From: a virus
Taxonomy: Duplodnaviria > Caudoviricetes
IMG/VR virus record: IMGVR_UViG_3300047399_000110
Coordinates: 1 to 34,949 of that record
DNA: 34,949 nucleotides
Strand: one strand, 5' to 3'
Positions 27,542-34,949 of the stretch are shown piece by piece. How positions within the stretch are numbered: position 1 is the first letter of the stretch; every line of letters starts with the position of its first letter. Under the pieces are notes generated by a model. It ran no database searches, was not told the origin of the DNA, and saw only the letters and a list, made by a program, of their open reading frames with translations. A program made the position numbers and the translations under genes.

Positions 27542-30500
27542 TGCCTACGCCGCAGGAAGAACGCATCCGCGCCCTGCAGGCAGCGGCGCAGGTCATGGCC
27601 GGGACTCCCGGTGCTGGCCCGGCGCCTGCGCCGGAGCCGCCCGTTCCACCGCAAGAGCGACCGTACCGCAGGATGTCGGAGCCGGATCCCGAGTCGCGCC
27701 GGGCGGCGGCGGCAACGACCGTGCGAGCGGACACCGGTGAGTTGCTGACGGAGCACATCCGCAAGAACGACTGGCGCTGGTCGCCGCTGCAGCAGGCGGC
27801 GGCGTTTTTGAGCGGCGTCGGAGGACCCAGTCCATTTGATCTTGGCGAGCATTTCATCAAAGGGACACCGCTGCCTCCTGGTGGTCTGGACATCGGCAAG
27901 GGCATGGAGTCCATGCGTGCCGAGACGCAGCAGCGCCTCCGCGACGTCCTGCCGGAAGGCGTGACGCTGGACCCGGGGCGGCTGCTTGGCCTGCGCAAGG
28001 AAGGCGTGGAGCCCGCGCCCGGCAACCTGCCGGAGATCGCACGCCGCACGATGAAGGAGGCGATCCCGTTTGCCCAGCGCGAGCGCCCGTACCACTGGGA
28101 GAAGGCGCTGGCCAAGGGGGCGCTGAACGTCGGGACGGACCTGCTGGACTTCGTGTCTGCGGTGCCGGGCCTGATGGGCAAGGTGCTGCTGCCGCGGCAG
28201 GTGTACCCGGGCGAGACGCAGGAAGAAGCGGCCCAGCGCATCCGCGCCGAGATGGAGCAGCTTGGCGAAGAGACGGTAACCGGCCTTGTGGGCGGCACGG
28301 CGGAGATGGTCACCAACCCGCTGGAGTCCCTTGTCGCGCGCCCGTTCAGCACGTACGCGGTGGGAAGCCAGTTGCTGCACGGCGCGGGCAAACTGACGCG
28401 TGCGGCCAAGGCAGCGCGTGCTGGCGTGCCGGAAGTGCCACCGTCCGCGCCCGTGCCGCCCGGCGGGGAACCGCCGCCGGTAACGCCACCGGAACCGTCA
28501 GCGCCGCAGCCGGAACCCGGAATCGCCAAGCGCATCCAGGAAGTCGGCACCCTAAGCGAGAAGCCGCCACCCAAGGGCGCGCCGCTCATCGACCGGGCGC
28601 TGCACAACCTGCGCGAGGGCCTCATCAAGTCCGGCGTTGGCGCGGGCAAGGCGCTGGACTTCTACCTCGCCAAGTTCGCGGACGGGTTCTACAGCGGCGA
28701 CCCGCGCGCGTCGGTGATGACCGAGGAGTTCGCGCGCAGCAAGGAACTGGCGCACGCTGCCGTCCGCAGCACGGCCAAGCGGCTGGCGGGTGCGGCGGCC
28801 AAGGAACTGGAGCGCGGCACGCCCGTGCCGCCTGGGCAGTTGCCGGGACTTCCCGGTGAAGCAGCACCGGCAACCGGCGCGCTGCTTGCGCCAGAGGCTC
28901 CTGTCCCCGCGCCCGGACTGGAAGCGCCGGAAACGGCCGGCGCGCCGCGCTTGGCTGCGGAACCGGAACGGCCCACGGCAGTTGGCCCGGTGGCGGCCGA
29001 CAGCGCCCGCATCGAGAGCGCGTTGCGCGAGCAGCTGCGTGGGCTTGAGGGCGCTGACCGTGCGATTGCCGACTTCATGGAAAACCTGCGTGGCGGCGAC
29101 GAGCGGGCCATCGGCATCGCTCACGCGATCCTGAACCGGCCGGACGTGGCGCAGCAGATCTTCACGGCGCTGCGGGACAGTTTCGCCAAGCGCGCCAGCC
29201 AGCCGCCGGTGCCACCGGAAGCGCCGCCACCGGGCGCGCCTCCCGCCGCGGGACCAAAGGCGCCAGTCCCACCGCCTGAGCCTCTTGAGCAGGTGGTGCG
29301 GGAGAAGGTCTACGGCGCGCAGAAGGTCCACGAGGAGATCCCTGTCGCGGAGCCGACCGACGAGGCGGCAGCCCGGCGCGTCCAGGAGATGTCGCCTGAC
29401 CTGAAGTCCAAGGCGCGGGAGATCGCGGACGAACTGATGAAGCGCGGCAAGCTTGGGCGCGAGATGCGCCATGCCGTGCTCCAGGACGTCGAGCACGCCG
29501 TGCAGGACGCGCTGGGCGGCGAGGGCAAGACGGCCAACTGGAAGGGCCAGATGCGCGCCAACCCGGACAGGTTCGCCAAGGACTACCTGCGCGCGGCGCA
29601 GGAGAAACTGGGCGAGCACCAGATGACGCGCAAGGTCAAGGCGATCCTGCTGGAAGCAATCGACCGGCGGGACTCCAAGGGCCTTGAACTGACGGCGGTG
29701 GAGCAGGGACCGGACGGGCAGTACCGGCTGGTGCGCAAGCGCACCGTGCCGCGGACGCCGGGCGGCAAGGGCGGCTACGTGGAACTTGACCCGGCGGAAC
29801 TGGTCAAGCCGCGGCGCCTGACTGGCGACGAGGTGCGCAACGCCGTCGAGGCGCAGCTGAAGGAAGTGGCGCGGCGGCACCTGAAGGGCGCGGAACTGGC
29901 GTCGCGGCTGGAGGGCGAGGCGGCGCGGGCCATGCGGCAGGACACCGGTGACGTGTTCAACGCCGTCAAGGACGCCGTCCGCAAGGTGACGGCAGAAGAG
30001 AACGTGGTGCCGGAGGACCTGTACCACGGCGCGAAATCGATGCCCGAGGCACAGGCGGCGCTGGAGCGCGTGGTCCACAACATCCTCATCAACGCGCGCG
30101 AAGGCAACCTGCAGGCGCAGGTCCTGCCGCCCGGCGTGCGTCCCGCCAAGGTCGGCGACATCCTGCGCCAGTTCATCAAGGACCTCGACCAGCGGCAGGG
30201 CCGCGCCATGGTGCGGGTGTCCGGCGAGCCGGAAGTGCCGCCGGTGGCGGAGGCGGGTGCGCCACAATTGCCGCCGCCGGAGCGCGCTGGCCTGCCCGCG
30301 CCTGAATCCGGCGCGCTGGCCAAGGTGCCTGAAGCCGTGCTTGAAGGCGAGCAGCCTGCTCGCGAAGCCGCGCCGCAACTGGGCGCGCCGCCTGACTACG
30401 AGCACCTGCGCATCAGGGAGCCCGGAGCGCCGTCGCCACCAGAGCCGCCCATTGAGGCCGAGTACCTGAACCTGAGCCCGTCGCAGAAGCAGGGGCTGAA

Positions 30501-32559
30501 GCGGCTGGCATGGGAACTGCAGGGGTACCGGCCGCTGCCGGAAGACCTCGGCTTCGGGACCAAGGACACGCCCGCGTACGCTGAACCGGAGATGGCAAAG
30601 TCGCTTGGCTGGCACGTCCTGTCGGAGCAGGTGCTGTCGGGTGCCAAAGGTGCCATGGGCAGCAAGAACCCGGTCGCGCGGCTGCTGTCGTGGGCCAACA
30701 GCCTGACCAAGAGCAACCTGACCGAGAAGAGCATCGCGGCCGGCGCCAGCAACCTTGCGCCCAACATGACAGCGAGCGCCATCGCCTATGGCAAGGACCC
30801 GGTCACGTTCGTCAACGACGCGGTCAAGTGGATCGGCGAGGCCGAGAAGTACCACACGGGCAACGCGGCAGAGGTCGCGCCGGAAGTGGCGGACGCCATC
30901 AAGTCGGTGGAGCGCGCCGGTGTCGGCATCGACTTCGTGTCACATGAGTTGCAGAGGCAGGGCATGACGCCGGCGCAGAAACTGCGGGCGGGCAAGATTG
31001 CTGCCATGCTGGGCGACACGCGCGGCGTGCTGCCGACGACCCGGTTCGCGCAGTGGCTGTACAAAGGGGGCGACCAGGCCGTGCGCCTGCCGGTGGCCAT
31101 CGAGGAGTTCCTTGACGTCAAAAAGGAGGCGAAACTGCTGCGCGACGGCGAGCACCGGGACGTGTATCCGTCGCGCCGGAGCATGGTGCGCGTCAGCCGC
31201 AAGGGCGGCAAGTGGTTTGCCGAAGACCCGTATGCGGCCAACGCCAAGGACCGCCTGCCGCGGGAGATCACCGAAGACGAACTGAACGACCTGATCGGGC
31301 GGCACGCGGCGCACAAGGCGACGTACATCGTCGGCGACTACCCGGACATGCCGCAGTGGATCAAGGCGCTGAACGCGTCGGGCCTCGACGTCATCGCGTC
31401 GCCGTTCAAGTCGTGGGCGGGGCACGCGATGGACATGCCCGGCAAGCCCGGCCTCGGGTACAACATCTTCGTGCGCGACCCGTTCGCGGTCAGCACAAAC
31501 AATGTCGGCGCATTGGTGGCGGCGGCCGGGCGCAACCTGCAAGTGGCGCTGGCCCGGTCGGCGATTGCCAACGGCCTGCGGTCGGCGCTGGCCAAGCAGG
31601 GTGCCAATGGCCAGCTGGCGCAGGACTTCCGGTCGCGGCCGGACAACGACCAGTCCGTCATCATCGGCTCCATGACGCGGCCGGATGTCATCGAGGCGCT
31701 GGTCATGGGCAACTGGGCCAACATCGGCCCGACGATGCAGGTCATCGGCGCGCTGGAGGCGCTGGCCGCGCAGCCGGAGGTGGCTCGCGAGAAGGCGCTT
31801 GGCGAGAAGGGCCAGTTGGGGGAACTAGGCGAGGAGGTCGTGCGCGCGGAGACTGGCCGGGACTTCAACACCAAGGACGCGATGCGGATGGCGATGCTGT
31901 CCGGCAACTGGATGGCCAATGCGTGGCAGGCGATCCAGGACCAGGCCAAGGAAGGCAAGACGTTTGACCCGTCCGTGGTCACCGATGGCCTTGCTGGCGC
32001 GCTGGTCGGCGGCACGAACGCGGCGCTGGCCCGTGGCGCGATGGCGTACCTTGGCGACACGGGGCCGGAGGCACACCCGCGCATCCCGGTGGGCGACACG
32101 CGGTACGCGATGGCGAAGCTGTCGGGCCGGGAGCACGACGTCGATCAGGCAATGGAAGGCGCTGCGACGCCGATCATGATGTACATGATCTCGCAGGTGC
32201 TCGGGAAGGGTTGGCGGGCCAAGGACTTCAATGCGAACAACCCGGAAGAGGTGCATTCGTACCTGCACAAGATGGGCCTGTCGCTGAAGGAAGCGGCGGC
32301 CACGCCCGCGGAGCGGACGGAACGCGAGGCGGCGGAGAAGCGCATGCGCCAGGCGCGGCCGGAAGAACAGGGCGCGGTGGCCAAGTACAACGAGGAGCGC
32401 CTGCAGCGGTTCAACAGTTACCGGGCGCTGGTTGACAACACCGTGGACATGGCGTGGGACCGCTACGTCAACGCCTATGACAAGTTGCACAATGCGGCCT
32501 TGCGCCGTACCATGAAGCCGCCGTCCGCCGGGAACAGCGGGGCGAGGGAGTCCAGATGA
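27541..32559 (+). CDS. Large internal virion (ejection) protein
   Basis: 1672 aa with a TGATG overlap. Pro-rich linkers. The C-terminal DYPDMPQWIKAL...SPFKSW resembles large podovirus ejection proteins. Confidence 0.65.
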   Translation: MPTPQEERIRALQAAAQVMAGTPGAGPAPAPEPPVPPQERPYRRMSEPDPESRRAAAATTVRADTGELLTEHIRKNDWRWSPLQQAAAFLSGVGGPSPFDLGEHFIKGTPLPPGGLDIGKGMESMRAETQQRLRDVLPEGVTLDPGRLLGLRKEGVEPAPGNLPEIARRTMKEAIPFAQRERPYHWEKALAKGALNVGTDLLDFVSAVPGLMGKVLLPRQVYPGETQEEAAQRIRAEMEQLGEETVTGLVGGTAEMVTNPLESLVARPFSTYAVGSQLLHGAGKLTRAAKAARAGVPEVPPSAPVPPGGEPPPVTPPEPSAPQPEPGIAKRIQEVGTLSEKPPPKGAPLIDRALHNLREGLIKSGVGAGKALDFYLAKFADGFYSGDPRASVMTEEFARSKELAHAAVRSTAKRLAGAAAKELERGTPVPPGQLPGLPGEAAPATGALLAPEAPVPAPGLEAPETAGAPRLAAEPERPTAVGPVAADSARIESALREQLRGLEGADRAIADFMENLRGGDERAIGIAHAILNRPDVAQQIFTALRDSFAKRASQPPVPPEAPPPGAPPAAGPKAPVPPPEPLEQVVREKVYGAQKVHEEIPVAEPTDEAAARRVQEMSPDLKSKAREIADELMKRGKLGREMRHAVLQDVEHAVQDALGGEGKTANWKGQMRANPDRFAKDYLRAAQEKLGEHQMTRKVKAILLEAIDRRDSKGLELTAVEQGPDGQYRLVRKRTVPRTPGGKGGYVELDPAELVKPRRLTGDEVRNAVEAQLKEVARRHLKGAELASRLEGEAARAMRQDTGDVFNAVKDAVRKVTAEENVVPEDLYHGAKSMPEAQAALERVVHNILINAREGNLQAQVLPPGVRPAKVGDILRQFIKDLDQRQGRAMVRVSGEPEVPPVAEAGAPQLPPPERAGLPAPESGALAKVPEAVLEGEQPAREAAPQLGAPPDYEHLRIREPGAPSPPEPPIEAEYLNLSPSQKQGLKRLAWELQGYRPLPEDLGFGTKDTPAYAEPEMAKSLGWHVLSEQVLSGAKGAMGSKNPVARLLSWANSLTKSNLTEKSIAAGASNLAPNMTASAIAYGKDPVTFVNDAVKWIGEAEKYHTGNAAEVAPEVADAIKSVERAGVGIDFVSHELQRQGMTPAQKLRAGKIAAMLGDTRGVLPTTRFAQWLYKGGDQAVRLPVAIEEFLDVKKEAKLLRDGEHRDVYPSRRSMVRVSRKGGKWFAEDPYAANAKDRLPREITEDELNDLIGRHAAHKATYIVGDYPDMPQWIKALNASGLDVIASPFKSWAGHAMDMPGKPGLGYNIFVRDPFAVSTNNVGALVAAAGRNLQVALARSAIANGLRSALAKQGANGQLAQDFRSRPDNDQSVIIGSMTRPDVIEALVMGNWANIGPTMQVIGALEALAAQPEVAREKALGEKGQLGELGEEVVRAETGRDFNTKDAMRMAMLSGNWMANAWQAIQDQAKEGKTFDPSVVTDGLAGALVGGTNAALARGAMAYLGDTGPEAHPRIPVGDTRYAMAKLSGREHDVDQAMEGAATPIMMYMISQVLGKGWRAKDFNANNPEEVHSYLHKMGLSLKEAAATPAERTEREAAEKRMRQARPEEQGAVAKYNEERLQRFNSYRALVDNTVDMAWDRYVNAYDKLHNAALRRTMKPPSAGNSGARESR

Positions 32560-33641
32560 CCACCGCATTCCCGAAGGTCGCAGGCTACAACGGCACGTTC
32601 GCCGGTTCGCCGGTGACGCTGAACGTGCAGGCCGACTACGGCTTTGTCGCTGGCGAGGTGCTTGTCACCGGCAGCGCGGCGTTGACCCTGACGCTGCCCA
32701 ATGGCAACCAGCTGGTGGTGCCGGTGGGCGTGGTGCTGACGCTGGCGGGCCCCATCAACACGGCCGTCGTCAGCGGCACTTCGGGGCAGACGTACACCGT
32801 GTACTTCGGCGAGAACCCCGGCTCGTTCACCGCGGCGATTGCCGGCGGCGGTGGCGGTGGTGGTGGAGGCGCGTCCAACTTGGCCCCATACCTGACCGAT
32901 GACATCACGCAGTTCCCGTACCTTCCCAACAGCGTGCCGATTCGAGGCTTCAGCAACCATTTGGCATTCACTGCAGTTCCTGGTTCTGGGGCTGGGTTTG
33001 AGGTCAATTCTGATGATGCTGTGTTAGTGTCTGCAGTCAACGACATCCGGCTGGAAACTTTCGGAAACGGAGCATCCGCTGTGTTGCGATCTGCCGCTTT
33101 GAACGGAGGAGCTTCCCTTCAAGTCGGAACAGGACCTAGCTCAAAGATCATGGAGTTGACTTTGGGCGGCATCGCTTGCGATTCACTAGAACTCAAGCTG
33201 GTGGCTGACGGAACGGCGGCAAACAGCGCAGCGACGGTTCAGCAAATTGTAGACCGCATCCGCTGGGCCGGCACCACTTGCGCCACGACTGGCGGCGGAA
33301 CCAAGTACATCCCCTTGGGATTCGATGCGGCCAGCACCACGCCATTCAACCTTGCGCTGGCGCTTGCAGGCACTGTCAAGTCTTTTTCACTGCGCTGCAC
33401 GCGCAACAACTGCACTGAGGACACCCAGTACAACCTGATGCATGTTGCGGTGCCCAATCCTCCCGTATCAATTGGGACGCTGACGGTCGTGGCGGGATCA
33501 TCAGGTGTCGGGTTCCAAACCATTCCGCTGGCTGTTGCGGTGACGGACGGCGACGAACTGTTTGTTGAAGCCGTATCACCGGTCGCCGAAACGACTGACG
33601 TGCAGACTGTTCTCTGCGTCGCCGAACTGAGCATCGTGTAA
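32556..33641 (+). CDS. Virion/fibre-like protein with a poly-Gly hinge
   Basis: ATGA overlap. An N-terminal beta domain, a Gly8 linker, and a C-terminal region with visibly lower GC3. Confidence 0.6.
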   Translation: MTTAFPKVAGYNGTFAGSPVTLNVQADYGFVAGEVLVTGSAALTLTLPNGNQLVVPVGVVLTLAGPINTAVVSGTSGQTYTVYFGENPGSFTAAIAGGGGGGGGGASNLAPYLTDDITQFPYLPNSVPIRGFSNHLAFTAVPGSGAGFEVNSDDAVLVSAVNDIRLETFGNGASAVLRSAALNGGASLQVGTGPSSKIMELTLGGIACDSLELKLVADGTAANSAATVQQIVDRIRWAGTTCATTGGGTKYIPLGFDAASTTPFNLALALAGTVKSFSLRCTRNNCTEDTQYNLMHVAVPNPPVSIGTLTVVAGSSGVGFQTIPLAVAVTDGDELFVEAVSPVAETTDVQTVLCVAELSIV

Positions 33642-33649
33642 GGAGAGAC

Positions 33650-34342
33650 ATGCGTACCTACCCGATCCAGAGCCCATCGCAGCCCGCACCGGGATTCCCG
33701 TGGGGCCAGCGCAGCAGCAACACTGGCAACCCGAACACGGGCGTGCGGCAGAACACGGTGCTGACTCTGTTGGGCACACCACAAACCGGCAACACGTACG
33801 CAGTCAACGACGGCACCAACACGTTCTCGTACACGGTGCTCGCTGGCAACACGCTGTCCGACTGCGCGACGGGTCTTGCGGCGGTCATTGACGCGTCCCC
33901 TTCCTACGTCGCCAGCGCGCACGGCACCGAGGTGTGGGTCACCGATGGCGCGGGCACCTCGTTTGTGCTTACGGACGCGAGCGCCAACCCGACCATCCCC
34001 GGTGGCAGCATCAGCATCACCAACGTGAACCCGGCGGTTGCCGCGGGCAACATGGACTTCAGCAGCCCGGGCGTCCTGCGCCTGACCAACGTGGGCCAGA
34101 TGGCCCTGTGGTGCCAGTTGCTGTCGGGGACCAGTTACCAGGTCACGCTGTGGGCGTACAGCCCGGCGCTGGGCCTGTTCCACAGCCTGAGCACCACGAC
34201 CGTCAGCGCGGCGACCGAGGTCATCCTGCTGGACGTCGCGGCGCTGGACGGAGTGTTTGTGGAGTTGAAGACATTCGTTGGCAACGCGGTCGCGCTGGTC
34301 TACGCTGACGGCAACCGGCTGACGCCGGGATTCCAGGGTTGA
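33650..34342 (+). CDS. Virion protein carrying the shared ~70-aa module
   Basis: AAGGAG Shine-Dalgarno. Contains LTLLGTPQTGNTY...FSYTVLAGNTLSDCATGLAAVID. Confidence 0.65.
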   Translation: MRTYPIQSPSQPAPGFPWGQRSSNTGNPNTGVRQNTVLTLLGTPQTGNTYAVNDGTNTFSYTVLAGNTLSDCATGLAAVIDASPSYVASAHGTEVWVTDGAGTSFVLTDASANPTIPGGSISITNVNPAVAAGNMDFSSPGVLRLTNVGQMALWCQLLSGTSYQVTLWAYSPALGLFHSLSTTTVSAATEVILLDVAALDGVFVELKTFVGNAVALVYADGNRLTPGFQG

Positions 34343-34352
34343 CGGAGGCGCG

Positions 34353-34766
34353 ATGTCTGGCTACGAGAAGGCGGACAAGAAGGCTTTGGCAGAAGCGGCC
34401 AGGAGGAAGCTTGGCCGTGACTCAGGGTCGCACGTGCCGCCTCAGTCCGTGCGTTCCAACGCTTCGCGTGGACTTGAGATGCGCCGCGAGCATGGCCGTG
34501 GCGGCCTGAGCCCGCAGGAAGCACACGAGCAGGGCATTGGTTCTGGCGTGTCGCGCGCGGCGACATTGGCGTCCGGCAAGGCCGTGCCAACCGAGACGGT
34601 CAAGCGGATGCACGCCTACTTTGCGCGTCACGAGAAGGACAAGCAGGCTGAAGGATTCCGCGAAGGAGAGAAGGGATACCCGTCCGCAGGGCGCGTGGCG
34701 TGGGACCTGTGGGGTGGCGACGCCGGCAAGGCGTGGGCTGACAGCATCGCTGCGAAGGACAAGTAG
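34353..34766 (+). CDS. Conserved phage hypothetical protein
   Basis: GGAGG Shine-Dalgarno. The motifs RGL...RAATLA...TVKRMHAYFARH...PSAGRVAWDLWGGDAG recall a widespread uncharacterised phage domain (recalled, not searched). Confidence 0.7.
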   Translation: MSGYEKADKKALAEAARRKLGRDSGSHVPPQSVRSNASRGLEMRREHGRGGLSPQEAHEQGIGSGVSRAATLASGKAVPTETVKRMHAYFARHEKDKQAEGFREGEKGYPSAGRVAWDLWGGDAGKAWADSIAAKDK

Positions 34767-34775
34767 GAGGGCACC

Positions 34776-34949
34776 ATGCCGGGCAAGATGGACGCGGAGC
34801 ACGAGCGGCTCTGGGACGAGGCCAAGGCGGCCGCCGAGAAGGAAGGCAAGAAGGGCGACTGGGCGTACGTCCAGGGCATCTTCAAGCGCATGTCCAAGGG
34901 CGAGCACAAGAAGCCTGCCAAGGCCAAGCCTGAGCCCAAGCACGACCTG
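34776..34949 (+). CDS. Small basic helical protein, truncated at the window edge
   Basis: AGGAGG Shine-Dalgarno. MPGKMDAEHERLWDEAKAAAEKEGKKGDWAYVQGIFKRM. No stop in the window. Confidence 0.6.
   Translation, partial: MPGKMDAEHERLWDEAKAAAEKEGKKGDWAYVQGIFKRMSKGEHKKPAKAKPEPKHDL

Noticed and set aside
27541-32559. Tape measure protein, virion RNA polymerase or lytic transglycosylase
   Set aside because: No tail-tube or chaperone context, and no recognisable polymerase or transglycosylase catalytic motif by eye. An ejection protein fits the synteny better.
12385-32568. Long minus-strand ORFs (for example 14464-16725, 25897-28380, 28552-30855)
   Set aside because: Antisense shadows expected in high-GC3 coding DNA. 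They are Arg/Ala-rich with no motifs.
20423-34342. Diversity-generating retroelement acting on tail proteins
   Set aside because: No reverse transcriptase, and no template/variable repeat pair differing at adenines was seen.

Overview
This is a high-GC tailed-phage (Caudoviricetes) genome fragment, probably podovirus-like, since no sheath, tail-tube or tape-measure gene is recognisable. The left end (1-1948, minus strand) encodes a RepB/AEP-type primase fusion and a ribbon-helix-helix protein. From 2.0 to 3.9 kb there is a lower-GC intergenic region, an HTH-like gene and a block of palindromes and 11-bp iterons. From 3.96 to 7.4 kb lies the most unusual part: three self-contained expression cassettes. 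Each has a TTGACA-N16-TAC(C/A)(A/G)T promoter, a conserved structured 5' leader, 1-3 small ORFs and a terminator ending in CGTTTTTGGC, and perfect 6-7-bp microsatellites mark the cassette boundaries. These are followed by 33-bp tandem repeats, a sigma-like gene, small and large terminase, scaffold, major capsid, decoration protein, portal, adaptor, nozzle, tail proteins, three probable ejection proteins and small late genes. All protein calls come from motifs and synteny read by eye; no database search was run. No integrase, tRNA, CRISPR array or reverse transcriptase was seen.
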